The notes under the pieces: model-generated | The model's database searches: none | What the model was told of the DNA's origin: nothing | What the model saw: the letters and a program-made list of their open reading frames with translations, nothing else | Part shown: positions 49,281 to 59,204 of the stretch, piece by piece | Layout: each line of letters begins with the position of its first letter | Position numbering within the stretch: the stretch's first letter is position 1 | NCBI GenBank assembly: GCA_965262675.1 | Contig: OZ253554.1 | Location: forward strand, 2,132,640 to 2,196,639 | DNA from: Terriglobia bacterium | GTDB lineage: Bacteria; Acidobacteriota; Terriglobia; 20CM-2-55-15 | Reading direction: 5' to 3' | DNA: 64,000 nt | Program-made: the position numbers and the translations under genes

Positions 49281-49316
49281 TAGTTAGTACTTGGTTAGTA
49301 TTGATTGGTAGTGATT
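49281..49316. promoter_or_regulatory. direct repeats GTTAGTA-N4-GTTAGTA (+ partial GGTAGTG) in the divergent region between the TonB receptor and the hybrid kinase
   Basis: tagTTAGTActtgGTTAGTAttgattGGTAGTGatt. An 11-bp repeat spacing is typical for OmpR-family winged-helix binding sites. Confidence 0.35.
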
Positions 49317-49648
49317 TGCTTTTGCCGGGTCGGTCATGACGGCTGTACCTCATGCCACCTGTCGATCCCTTGCCCACGATTTGAGCGGACGTTGGGGGTC
49401 CGCTTCGGACTGCGCAGGGCAGTGTCGGGATTGCGTTTCGTCGCGCCACAGAAACACACCCGTTCGAGTTTATTTTATGGATATTTATGTGGAGATAGTG
49501 TGAACAAGTGTTCAATATCATGGCGTTATCGTGTATTTCGGGGCAAAGAATCGCACTGAGCGCACCCCGACTGGCACCGGGCCTCGCGAATCCGGCGCAG
49601 CCGTCGTCGCGCGCCCGTGGCGACGCTGAAAGCGGTTTTGGGCCGTAG

Positions 49649-52009
49649 GTGGCCGGGAGAGGACCGTTGAACGGTTTCGAGCAACTCAGGCAAGAGAACC
49701 AGGCGCTGCGGGACGGCAACGCACGGCTGATCGCGGCGATCCTGCGCATCAGCGCAAGCCTGGATGTCGATACCGTCCTGCAGGAGATCGTGGAAAGCGC
49801 CCGCGCCCTGACCGGCGCCCGCCGCGGTGCGATCACGACCATCGACGAGAGGGGAGAGGTCCAGGACTTCGTCACCTCCGGTCTTCGTCCGGAGGAGCGT
49901 CGGCAGATGGTGGAGTGGCCCGATCGGTGGCGGCTCTTCGAACACCTTCGAGACCTTTCGGCGCCGATGCGCGTGGCGGACCTGCCCGGCTACCTCCAAT
50001 CTTTGGGCTTTTCCTCGAATCCCTGGAGCTCGAAGACCCTGCAGGGAACCCCGATGCACCATCGGGGCGATCATCTCGGCACCCTCTTCCTCAGCGACAA
50101 GGACGACGGAGCGGAATTCACCAGCGAGGACGAAGAGGTCGTGGCGTTGTTCGCGGCGCAGGCCGCCACGACGATCGCCAACGCGCGCAAGCACCGCGAC
50201 GAGCAGCGCGCCCGGACCGACCTGGAGACCCTGGTCGACATTTCGCCGGTGGGCCTGGCGGTCTTCGATGCCCGCACCGGCAATCCGGTGTCGTTCAACC
50301 GGGAGACGACACGGATTGTCGAGAGTCTGCGCACTCCCGGCCAACCGCCGGAGCATCTGCTGAAGGTGATGACGTGCCGGTTCGCCGACGGGAGGGAGAT
50401 TGCCCTGGACGAACTCCCGCTCGCAGAGGTGCTCCGCGACGCCACGCCGAGGCGCGGAGAGGAGGTTGTGATGTCGGTCCCCGACGGCCGGAGTGTGACG
50501 ACGCTGGTCAACGCCGCACCGATCCATTCCAAGGACGGCGCGGTAGAGTCCGTGGTGGTCACCATACAGGATCTGGCGCCGCTGGAAGAGATGGAACGCC
50601 AGCGGGCCGAATTTTTGGGCTTGGTGAGCCACGAACTGCGGGCGCCGCTGACCTCCATCAAAGGCTCGACCACCACCGTGCTGGCGGCCTCGCCCGAGCT
50701 GGACCCCGCCGAGACACGCGAGTTCTTCCGCATCATCGACGAGCAGGCCGACCACATGCGCGGCCTCATCGGCGATCTCCTCGATGCGGGGCGCATCGAC
50801 TCGGGCACGCTGTCGGTCGCGCCCGAACCCTCGGAGGTGGCCGCCTTGGTGGAACGGGCGAGGAACACGTTCCTCAGCGGCGGCGGCCGCCACGCCATCC
50901 TCATCGACCTGCCTTCGGATCTGCCCCTGGTGTTGGCCGACCGCAGGCGCATCGTGCAGGTCCTGAACAACCTGTTCGCCAACGCCGCCCGGTACTCTCC
51001 CCAGTCCTCCCCCATCCTGATCGTGGCGCTGCGCGACGGCGCGCACGTCGCGGTCTCGGTCGCCGACGAAGGCCGGGGGGTGGCCCCGGAACGGCTGCCG
51101 CACCTGTTCAGCAAGCACGCCGGCGGCGACGCCGAGGGCCCGACGGTGCGCTACGGGTTGGGGCTGGCCATCTGCAAGGGGTTGGTGGAGGCCCACGGCG
51201 GCCGCATCTGGGCCGAGAGCGGTGGGCCGGGCCAGGGCACGCGCTTCACCTTCAGCATTCCGGTGGCCGGGGAGGCCACGGCCGGCGCCGCCCACAGTTC
51301 TTCGCGGCCGTCCCCGGAAGGGCATGAGCCCACGCGCATCCTGGTGGTCGACGATGACCCGCAGGCGCTGCGCTTCCTTCGCGACGCCCTCTCGACGGCG
51401 GGCTATGCCCCGCTCATGACGGGCGACCCGCGGGAGCTGCGGCGCCTGATCCAGACCGAAAAGCCCGAGCTTGTCCTGCTCGACCTGATGCTGCCCGGCA
51501 CCGACGGGATCGAACTGATGGAACGGATCCCCGAGCTCGCCGACCTGCCGGTCATCTTCATTTCCGGCTACCGCAGGGATGAAACCGTTGCACGGGCGCT
51601 CCAACTGGGGGCGGCCGACTACATCGTCAAGCCCTTCTCGCCGATGGAGCTGACGGCGAGGGTCCAGGCGGCGCTACGACGGCGGGCCGAGCCCGAGCCC
51701 TTCGTGTCAGGCGATCTCTCCATCGACTACGACCAGCGCCAAGTGAGCGTTGCCGGTCGTGTGGTCGAACTCACCGCCACCGAGTACGAGCTCTTGCGCG
51801 TGCTCTCACTCAACGCGGGCCGGGTTACGACGTTCGACACGCTGCTGCGCCAAGTCTGGGACCGGCACGGCGGTGGCGATTCGGAGCCGGTGCGCACGTT
51901 CGTGAAGAAGCTCCGCCAGAAGCTCGGCGACGACGCGGCCGAGCCGACCTACATCTTCAACGAGCGCGGCATCGGCTACCGCATGGCCGGGTCATTTGGG
52001 CGGTCATAG
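49649..52009 (+). CDS. hybrid sensor histidine kinase / response regulator with OmpR-type DNA-binding output (GAF-PAS-HisKA-HATPase-REC-wHTH)
   Basis: H-box LVSHELRAPLTSIKG, G-boxes GLGLAICKG..GGRIWAE, REC RILVVDDDPQ...LLDLMLPGTDG, winged helix ...RTFVKKLRQKLG...GIGYRM. The last 7 codons and the stop lie inside a REP-like repeat. Confidence 0.85.
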   Translation: MAGRGPLNGFEQLRQENQALRDGNARLIAAILRISASLDVDTVLQEIVESARALTGARRGAITTIDERGEVQDFVTSGLRPEERRQMVEWPDRWRLFEHLRDLSAPMRVADLPGYLQSLGFSSNPWSSKTLQGTPMHHRGDHLGTLFLSDKDDGAEFTSEDEEVVALFAAQAATTIANARKHRDEQRARTDLETLVDISPVGLAVFDARTGNPVSFNRETTRIVESLRTPGQPPEHLLKVMTCRFADGREIALDELPLAEVLRDATPRRGEEVVMSVPDGRSVTTLVNAAPIHSKDGAVESVVVTIQDLAPLEEMERQRAEFLGLVSHELRAPLTSIKGSTTTVLAASPELDPAETREFFRIIDEQADHMRGLIGDLLDAGRIDSGTLSVAPEPSEVAALVERARNTFLSGGGRHAILIDLPSDLPLVLADRRRIVQVLNNLFANAARYSPQSSPILIVALRDGAHVAVSVADEGRGVAPERLPHLFSKHAGGDAEGPTVRYGLGLAICKGLVEAHGGRIWAESGGPGQGTRFTFSIPVAGEATAGAAHSSSRPSPEGHEPTRILVVDDDPQALRFLRDALSTAGYAPLMTGDPRELRRLIQTEKPELVLLDLMLPGTDGIELMERIPELADLPVIFISGYRRDETVARALQLGAADYIVKPFSPMELTARVQAALRRRAEPEPFVSGDLSIDYDQRQVSVAGRVVELTATEYELLRVLSLNAGRVTTFDTLLRQVWDRHGGGDSEPVRTFVKKLRQKLGDDAAEPTYIFNERGIGYRMAGSFGRS

Positions 52010-52320
52010 ACCGTCCCTACATGCTCAATATTCAGGAATTTGGGCTCCCGGCTCCCACTCCCACTCCGACTCCGACTGTAGCTCGGCGACGACGCGGCCG
52101 AGCCGACCTACATCTTCAACGAGCGCGGCATCGGCTACCGCATGGCCGGGTCATTTGGGCGGTCATAGACCGTCCCTACATGCTCAATATTCAGGAATTT
52201 GGGCTCCCGGCTCCCACTCCCACTCCGACTCCGACTGTAGGTGCGGTCATGACCGCACGATTACCGCACGATCCTTTCGGACTTGATTCGGGCGGTCATT
52301 TGGGCGGTCATATGACCTTC
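51925..52320. repeat. tandem duplication (~157-bp unit) comprising the 3' end of the kinase gene fused to a REP-like element, followed by further REP copies
   Basis: ctcggcgacgacgcggccgagccgacctacatcttcaacgagcgcggcatcggctaccgcatggccgggtcatttgggcggtcatagaccgtccctac... occurs twice. The GCGGTCATAGACCG / GCGGTCATGACCGC palindromes are shared with the arrays at 1886 and 7898. Confidence 0.8.
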
Positions 52321-52566
52321 CCCCAAAATTAGGTCCATGTCGAGAGTGAGGAATTTGGGGCATTATCCCCGCCGTTGCGGCTGTGGGTGAATTCATGGGA
52401 GTGCGAAACGATGGGACCGATCCGGCTGCGTTCTATCGCTTGATCCAATCGCGAAGCGCCTCGTCGATCCGCGTCTGTCAGCCCGGCCCGCCTGCCCGGA
52501 AATGGTGGATCACCTCGTGCGACGACCGGATCGCGTTCAGCCGTCGCCGGCCCACAGATCGGGCTG

Positions 52567-53814
52567 TCAGTCTTTCAGCGTGGCCCCGGCCAGTTGCAAA
52601 ACCGCGGCCAGGGTTGTCTGCGCGGCGTTGAGCCCAAGGCGGAAATCCTTGTCGCTGAACGTCTCGAACACGTCGATCGGCTGGTGCCAGGTCGGGTTCC
52701 AGCCGGCCCCGGTGTGCATTCCTCGCTCGTTCTCCCGAAGACTGATCGAGGGCGCCAAGTTCATGAACGGCGTCGAGTCCGTGTTGGTCATGTGGGGCCC
52801 GACGGCGGCCGGGTAGTCCGTCGCGTACCGCTCGTTCGCCTCCCGGAAGAAGAAGGCCAGTCTCATCGCCCGATCCGTGAACCTGGACGTGGACTGGAAT
52901 TCGATGTTGATGTCGGCCTCGGGCCGCTGTTCCGGGTTCCACGTGCCGTCGGCCCGCGGCATCCCGTGGTCCCACATCATCATGTCGTGCTGGATCATCG
53001 CCAGCCACATGGGTTCGGGATACCGGCCCGAGCCGGGAGGGTCTTCGATGCCCTGCAGGTCGGCGCGCTGCTCGACATAGGCCCGCGACCCGTTCAAACC
53101 CGTTTCCTCGTTGTTCCAGAGCGCGAACCGGATCGACACCTCGGTTTCGACGCCGGGCATGTTCAGGATGCGGGCCAGTTCCATGACCAGCGCCGTGCCG
53201 GAACCGTTGTCGTTCAACGCTTCGCCCCAGCCGTGCCCGTCCATGTGCGCTCCCAGGATGTACATCTCGCCTGGACGCGTGGCGCCGATCTTGGTGCAGT
53301 AGACTTCCTCGCGCGGACCGTTGGTCGCGGGTTGCCTGTTCAACTCCCGCAATCGCTGGTCGGGCTGGGCATCCGGGTCGTTGTTGACGCCCGTCTGTCG
53401 TGTGATCCCATAGTAGCGTGAACCACCGGGCCCGTTTCGGATCTCGCCGCTGGCGATCACCGGGTCGGGCCGCGTTCCACCGCCCCTTCCGCGGCCACCG
53501 CCGCCGTTCTGCGGCGGTTCCGGGTTGTACTCGTAGCGAATCCGATCTGTCTCGCACCCGTAGCTCTGGAGATGTTCCTCGATCCAGTCGACGGCTGCCC
53601 TGTTGCGATCCGTTCCCTGTCGGCGGTCGCCAAACTGGGCCAATCCCCGGAGGGTGTCCTTGTAGCTCTCCAAGTCGAGGCGTCCCACGAGTTCGGCAAC
53701 GGGGCCTGCTTCTTCCGCCCGCGCCTGTCCGGCCGCCTCAGGAACGATCGCCGAACTTCCGGAGACCGAGATCAGGCCACAAACCGCTAAAGCGATGAAT
53801 GCTTTGAACTGCAT
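52567..53814 (-). CDS. M28-family zinc aminopeptidase, secreted
   Basis: Signal peptide MQFKAFIALAVCGLISVSGSSA. M28 metal-binding region HMDGHGWG...DNGSGTA...NNEETG. Confidence 0.8.
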   Translation of the reverse strand: MQFKAFIALAVCGLISVSGSSAIVPEAAGQARAEEAGPVAELVGRLDLESYKDTLRGLAQFGDRRQGTDRNRAAVDWIEEHLQSYGCETDRIRYEYNPEPPQNGGGGRGRGGGTRPDPVIASGEIRNGPGGSRYYGITRQTGVNNDPDAQPDQRLRELNRQPATNGPREEVYCTKIGATRPGEMYILGAHMDGHGWGEALNDNGSGTALVMELARILNMPGVETEVSIRFALWNNEETGLNGSRAYVEQRADLQGIEDPPGSGRYPEPMWLAMIQHDMMMWDHGMPRADGTWNPEQRPEADINIEFQSTSRFTDRAMRLAFFFREANERYATDYPAAVGPHMTNTDSTPFMNLAPSISLRENERGMHTGAGWNPTWHQPIDVFETFSDKDFRLGLNAAQTTLAAVLQLAGATLKD

Positions 53815-53895
53815 GTCTGTCCTCCCACGGTGGTGTTGGCGTTCGAGGATCATACCTTATCGGACCCGTGATCCTGCCCGAAGCCGTCCCCGTGT

Positions 53896-53995
53896 ACCGC
53901 CACGGGAATTCCGGAGAGTGTATTGGTTGAGTCCAACCTCGACGAGGCCGGACTATTGCCGCCGATCGTATGACTGTTCGAACTCCGGCGGCGGG
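53896..53995 (+). repeat. ~95-bp repeat R1 (about 80% identical to 59205-59300), possible island boundary
   Basis: ggagagtgtattggttgagtccaacctcgacgaggccggactattgccgccgatcgtatgactgttcgaactccggcggcgg vs ggagagtgtttacggttgagtccggcctcgacgaaaccggaccgttgctgccgatcatacaactgttcgaaacccgccgg. Confidence 0.6.
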
Positions 53996-54302
53996 ATGCG
54001 GACGATTGGCGCGCGGTGGAAGGTCATCGCTCCCCGAGGCGGCCGGCCCGCCGCCAATATGTAAAACGCGGCAACGTCCCGGGAGGTCTTCATGACTGTC
54101 GTCCGAGCGGCCGTGGCCGCCCTCGTCGTCGTTCCGATAACGTGGGCGCAGGTGGCGAACGCACGGGGGCGGTAGCAGCGGGCGGTGTTTGCGCGCCGCC
54201 GCTCTTGCGTATACAATCTGACGGATCGAACCCCGTTGCGAGGTGCCCGATGCGACCCAGGTACCAGAATGTTGCAGCCGTGCTTAAAGCTCCCTAGATG
54301 GC

Positions 54303-55415
54303 GTGTGCCGTGCACAATGCCTCGAAAGGCTCGGTAAACCCTTGAAAATAGAGATCCTCGAATCACTCGGTTATTCCTACTTACGGCACGTCAAACAATG
54401 CTGGCTTGTGCAGGCCAATTGGAAGGTGTCCGAACATTGGCCAAAGATCATGGACGACGTCGAACTGGAAAAAATGTTCCTTGCCATGAAGAAGAGATTC
54501 GATCCGGATGGGAAGGTATTCAAGCAAACGAAGAACGCGTCACAATTTCTGCAGCAGGGAGAGATTGATGTCTTGGGCGTTGACCAGGAAGGCGACATAT
54601 ACGCCCTGGAAGCCGCCTTCCACGAGGCCGGTCTGAATTATTCCGGCGGCACAGACGCAAGGATCCTCAAGAAGCTGCTGCGCACCACGATGATCCTGAA
54701 AGCCTACCACCGGACTGAAATACAGTTCCACATCTACTTCGCTTCACCCAAAGTGCACATCGGCGTCCAAAAACCGCTGAAATCCATTTTCTCTGATCTC
54801 AGAGAGGAATACCCGGAAATCGAGTGGGACCTTCTGACCAATGAAGACTTTACCGAGCGGATGATGGGGCCCACGCTGGAGAAAGCAGTTGCGGTTGCAG
54901 ACACTTCTGAATTGTTCGTGCGCGCCAAGAAACTGCTGGACTTGGCCGAAACTCCGCGAAAGACCCCGCGAGAATTGGATGTGGACACCCGAGATCGGTC
55001 ACCGGCAAGCGGGAACGCGTCAAGGGAGCGTGGCTCCCTTCAGCCGCTTGTGCGAAAACTGATGACAACGTTGCTGGAGGATTACCCTACCCTTCTTGAT
55101 GAGGCTGACCTTCGCAACTTGATGGATCCGGACTGCTGCAAAACGAGCATGGGCCTCCAAATCAGCAATTTCCCGCTCTTGCGAGGAAGGGCAGACGGAA
55201 GAAAGGGTTCAGAGAGCGACAGACTCGAAAGGTACTATAGTAGATTGTATGCGGGGCGCTTCTTTGTTTGCTCCCAATGGTGGAAAGCGCACCATCTGTC
55301 CAATGCGAGAAACCTGCTGCAATTCGTGAACGGACTTGCCCAAAGGAAGCTGAATCACGCCGGGATGCCGGCGTTGGAGCGGAGCCAGAAAGATCTCAGA
55401 GACTTCGTTGGGTAA
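54303..55415 (+). CDS. hypothetical protein (lower-GC, accessory)
   Basis: 370-aa ORF with no recognisable motifs. The start is uncertain (possible TTG at LKIEILE or ATG at MDDVELEKM). Confidence 0.45.
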   Translation: MCRAQCLERLGKPLKIEILESLGYSYLRHVKQCWLVQANWKVSEHWPKIMDDVELEKMFLAMKKRFDPDGKVFKQTKNASQFLQQGEIDVLGVDQEGDIYALEAAFHEAGLNYSGGTDARILKKLLRTTMILKAYHRTEIQFHIYFASPKVHIGVQKPLKSIFSDLREEYPEIEWDLLTNEDFTERMMGPTLEKAVAVADTSELFVRAKKLLDLAETPRKTPRELDVDTRDRSPASGNASRERGSLQPLVRKLMTTLLEDYPTLLDEADLRNLMDPDCCKTSMGLQISNFPLLRGRADGRKGSESDRLERYYSRLYAGRFFVCSQWWKAHHLSNARNLLQFVNGLAQRKLNHAGMPALERSQKDLRDFVG

Positions 55416-55809
55416 CCAGTCTAGGAGCAAGTCGTCCGCAACAGTCCCAGCACACACGGCCTGCCCCACCATTTCATTTCATCTTCAGCCCCCCATCCGT
55501 TACAGGCTCTTCCCACGACCATCAGGTCACCAGCATAGAAGGATCCGGCCGTCGCCATGAATCCGCTGAGTTTCCTCCTTTCTCCGCGTAAACTAGAGGG
55601 TTCCCGCCCCACTGCGTTGAGGACCTTCGACGCAAATAACTGACGGTCCGCTTCGGTAGCCATCCACTTCTGCCTTACCCCTAGCGATGAGCAGAATGAC
55701 CTGCGCGACAACACGACGTTGGACGCGCCAGCAACGCCGGGGCGCTACGAGAGGACGCGTAGCATACGCCCGGTACCGCGCTCGACCGCTGTCGAAAACT
55801 CCAACGTGT

Positions 55810-56304
55810 CTATGTCTCACCTTGCCTGATCACAATCCGAATATCGTGGCAATTGAGTAATCCGCTGACGTTCTCCGTGTCGTCGTCGCGGCCCATATAG
55901 TGTTCTTGTTTCACCAAGAAGCCGATCACTTGCGAATACTTGGCGCGATATATCAAACACTGACCGATCATTTGGGCAATGGCCCCGGTAGGAGATCTTT
56001 TCGCTAGTTTCAATTCTACGGCGAGCAGATCTGTATCGCCTCGACGAACGAAGATGTCCGGCCAGAATGAGTGGCCGAACGCCGAAACGAAGTCTCGGCC
56101 TGTTAGATCCCAGCTTTGGGTCACTATTTCATACTCCGCCCCGAGAACTCCGCGAATCTCGGCTTCAACGTGGTGCAGCAGACTCGGCCCCTTCTCTTCC
56201 TCGTCCCTGGGGGACAACTCTTCGGCCGTATATTGGTTCAAGAGTTGGAATTCGCGGAGTCTTCGTTCGACGGTCCGAGCAACCTCGGTCGCGAGGTTTT
56301 TCAT
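55810..56304 (-). CDS. small PD-(D/E)xK nuclease-fold protein, hypothetical
   Basis: ...FWPDIFVRRGDTDLLAVELKLAK... carries PD and (D/E)xK elements. Preferred start MKNLATEVART at 56304. Confidence 0.45.
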   Translation of the reverse strand: MKNLATEVARTVERRLREFQLLNQYTAEELSPRDEEEKGPSLLHHVEAEIRGVLGAEYEIVTQSWDLTGRDFVSAFGHSFWPDIFVRRGDTDLLAVELKLAKRSPTGAIAQMIGQCLIYRAKYSQVIGFLVKQEHYMGRDDDTENVSGLLNCHDIRIVIRQGET

Positions 56305-56513
56305 GTTGGGACCTCCCTCTTGATGAATGCAGATTGTAGCCCGTGAGTCTACCGGGAATTTTAGTTGTCGCTGATCAGGCGCTGACGCTTTTCGCGGGCC
56401 CCGGCATGATCGGGCGTCCCCCGGACGCCGCGGTTGCTCCCCGATCGGAAGGGCTACAGAAATCAAAAATATGATCTACAAACTAACGGAATTAATGTAA
56501 ATATATTCATTTA

Positions 56514-57662
56514 GTGACCGAATCCTACATTCCGCACGCGCAGCTTGCGCGACTGGCGCGCTCGGTGGCGCCCAACCGGGTCGTGGTCGTGTACGGTCCC
56601 AGGCGCGTCGGGAAGACCACCCTAATCCGCCAGTACATGCGCCGGTACGACCCGGACGCCCTGCTGGTGTCCGGCGAGGACATCGCCGTGCGTGAGTACC
56701 TCGAGAGCCAATCGGTGGCCAGATTGCAGGCATTCGTCGGCCGGCGGCGGACGCTGATCGTCGACGAGGCCCAGCACGTCCGCGAGATCGGCCTGAACCT
56801 GAAGTTGCTCGCCGACCACGTCGACGGGCTGCGTATCGTCGCCACCGGCTCGTCGTCCTTCGACCTTGCGCAGCAGACCGGCGAGCCGCTGACCGGCAGG
56901 AAACGGACGCTGCTGCTGTTGCCCCTCGCACAGTTGGAGCTGCAGGCCGTGGAGACGGCACACGAGACCCGCGCACGCCTCGAGATGCGGCTGATCCACG
57001 GGTCCTATCCAGAAGTCGTCCTGACGGAATCGAACGAAGATCGGGAGGTCTACCTGAAGGAGTTGATCGCTTCCTACCTGTTCAAGGACATCCTGCAGCT
57101 TGACGGCGTTCGACACGCAGACAAGCTGCTGCGCCTGCTGCAGGCGATTGCATTTCAGGTCGGCGGGGAGGTCTCGGTAGCGGAGCTGGGCGGCCGCCTC
57201 GGCATGAGCAGGAACACAGTGGAGCGCTATCTCGATCTCCTGGAGAAGGCCTACGTCATATTCGGCCGGCCAGGTTTCAGCCGCAATCTGCGCAAGGAGA
57301 TCGCGAAGAGCCGGCGCTACTACTTCTATGACAACGGCATCAGAAACGGATTGATCAACAACTTCAGCCCTCTCGCGCTGCGGGACGACATCGGCGCTCT
57401 GTGGGAAAACTACATTGTGGTTGAGCGCCTCAAGTTCAATCTCTACACTGGGCGGCAGACCGAGAGCTACTTCTGGCGGACCTACGACCGGCAGGAGATC
57501 GACCTGATCGAGGAGCGCGGAGGGCGTCTCGACGGGACGGAAGTGAAGTGGTCGCCGCAGCCCGGGATACGGGTCCCGCGCGCCTGGCGGCAGGCCTATC
57601 CCGACAGCTCGGTCCGTGTGGTCGACAGGGAGAATTACCTCGATTTCATCGTCCGCGGGTGA
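56514..57662 (+). CDS. AAA ATPase with C-terminal DUF4143 (COG1373 family)
   Basis: Walker A GPRRVGKTT, Walker B LIVDEAQ, and the C-terminal DUF4143 region (YFWRTYDRQEIDLI). Confidence 0.8.
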   Translation: MTESYIPHAQLARLARSVAPNRVVVVYGPRRVGKTTLIRQYMRRYDPDALLVSGEDIAVREYLESQSVARLQAFVGRRRTLIVDEAQHVREIGLNLKLLADHVDGLRIVATGSSSFDLAQQTGEPLTGRKRTLLLLPLAQLELQAVETAHETRARLEMRLIHGSYPEVVLTESNEDREVYLKELIASYLFKDILQLDGVRHADKLLRLLQAIAFQVGGEVSVAELGGRLGMSRNTVERYLDLLEKAYVIFGRPGFSRNLRKEIAKSRRYYFYDNGIRNGLINNFSPLALRDDIGALWENYIVVERLKFNLYTGRQTESYFWRTYDRQEIDLIEERGGRLDGTEVKWSPQPGIRVPRAWRQAYPDSSVRVVDRENYLDFIVRG

Positions 57663-57680
57663 GCACCCAGGAGGTCGTGC

Positions 57681-58184
57681 ATGTCGCTGAGCACGTATCT
57701 GACGTTCGATGGCAACTGCCGCGAGGCGTTCGAGTTCTACCGGTCGGTCTTCGGGGGCGAGTTCTCCGTGATCCAGACGTTCGCGGACGTTCCGCCCGAC
57801 ATGCCGGTACCGGAGGAAATCAAAGACCGGATCATGCACGTTTCCCTGCCGGTCGGATCCAGCGTCCTGATGGTCAGCGACCGGGGCCCGGGTTTCGGCC
57901 CGCCGCTGGTCGCGGGCGTCAGGCAGTTCCGCCGGGGGCGGCTTCAGGCTGGTGTAGAGCACGCCGCGGTTGCGGCCGACGACGTGAATCTCTCCGATAG
58001 GAGTGGAGCGCACGATGCGCCGCAGACGGCCGTTGATCCCGTCGGCCGACCACCCGGCCTCCTCGGCGGCGGCGGCGAAGCGCTTCACGAGCGTCGCCTG
58101 CACGATCATTTGCTTGCTGTTGGCGATCGCCGGAAAGTGAAGAAATTTGGACCTTCGCCGCATGCCACATCTTCTGGTCATTGA
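57681..58184 (+). pseudogene. VOC/glyoxalase-family (PhnB-like) gene, probably truncated or frameshifted after ~75 codons
   Basis: N-terminal MSLSTYLTFDGNCREAFEFYRSVFGG...IMHVSLPVGSSVLMVSD is PhnB-like. The remainder of the ORF is Arg/Gly-rich out-of-frame-like sequence. A protein-like antisense ORF overlaps 57900-58163. Confidence 0.4.
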
Positions 58185-58206
58185 GAGGCCTGCATTCCGA
58201 GACTGT

Positions 58207-58262
58207 ACGGGCGGTCTTAGACCGCCCAAATCCGCACCTACAGTGGGAGCGTGCGGATTTCC
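58207..58262. repeat. solitary REP-like element
   Basis: gggcggtcttagaccgcccaaatccgcacctacagtgggagcgtgcggatttcc. Confidence 0.7.
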
Positions 58263-58323
58263 GGCCGGCGGACGGTGATGACGATCTTCAACCCGGCGCG
58301 TGTTCAATAAACTTCACTTTTGG

Positions 58324-58498
58324 CCCGCCTTTCTCACGGGTTTTCGTCGCGAAGAGTCGGAGACGCCGTCAGAGCTACGGCGCGTTCCCCGCGCCGGGCG
58401 CGTAGCGGCGCGTTCGTCGCGCCGGATCAAGCGCGTCAGGGGGCGTGCCTGGCGGATGGATCCGGCACTGTAGCAGACAACTCGTGAGAAATGCGGGT
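58324..58498 (+). repeat. MITE-like repeat, copy D
   Basis: cccgcctttctcacgggttttcgtcgcgaagag...gacaactcgtgagaaatgcgggtt, with internal direct repeats as in copies A and B. Confidence 0.7.
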
Positions 58499-58553
58499 TA
58501 GGCGATCGTTCACAGTGTGATCCTACATATTCACGGACTCAAGAGGTTATCCA

Positions 58554-59057
58554 GTGGAGAGGGACTACTACAAGACGATTGTTATCCTCGTCGAATATGA
58601 GAGATGGTGCAATCTTGAAGCTGTCGACTTTCTTTCAAGTCTTTCAAACGAACAGTGTAAAACCAATTTCGGCTTTGGCCTGGGCACCCCCCACCGGACC
58701 GTTTCGCACATCGCTGACGTTATGGAGGGGTGGAGCGGCTGTGTTGCGCCTACGATTAGGCAGCCATCATGGCGGGAGTACGACGCCACCGAGACGCTTC
58801 AAGACATACGAACGAGGATGTGTGACGTAGCCGAGTTGTGGCTGGCGGCGACGAAAGCATCGCATCTTGGCGGTCTTCTATCTGAAGATGGCCGCCTAAA
58901 CCATCTGTTTCATCTTGTAACTCACGGTACGCATCATCGCGGCCAGCTACTTGGTATGGTCACGCTGATGGGGTTTGAACAGCCCTTTGAGGGTGGTGAC
59001 TTCGGCGGCTGGTCGACTTCAGGTCCCGGAAGCTCAACTTGGCAAGAGCGATTATGA
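58554..59057 (+). CDS. DinB/YfiT-family metal-dependent hydrolase-like protein
   Basis: HLVTHGTHHRGQL motif of the DinB_2 family. Lower-GC gene. Confidence 0.7.
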   Translation: MERDYYKTIVILVEYERWCNLEAVDFLSSLSNEQCKTNFGFGLGTPHRTVSHIADVMEGWSGCVAPTIRQPSWREYDATETLQDIRTRMCDVAELWLAATKASHLGGLLSEDGRLNHLFHLVTHGTHHRGQLLGMVTLMGFEQPFEGGDFGGWSTSGPGSSTWQERL

Positions 59058-59204
59058 ATCTACAGTCGTGCTAGCGAGGCGTCGCGCCCGCGCTCACAAG
59101 CTATCCAGCTTGAATTCGCGGCGTAGCACATCGGATTTCGCGCTGGTAATAGTCGCTCTGCTCTTCTTTGAGGGTCACTACTGTCTGAACCACCCCGGGA
59201 ATCC

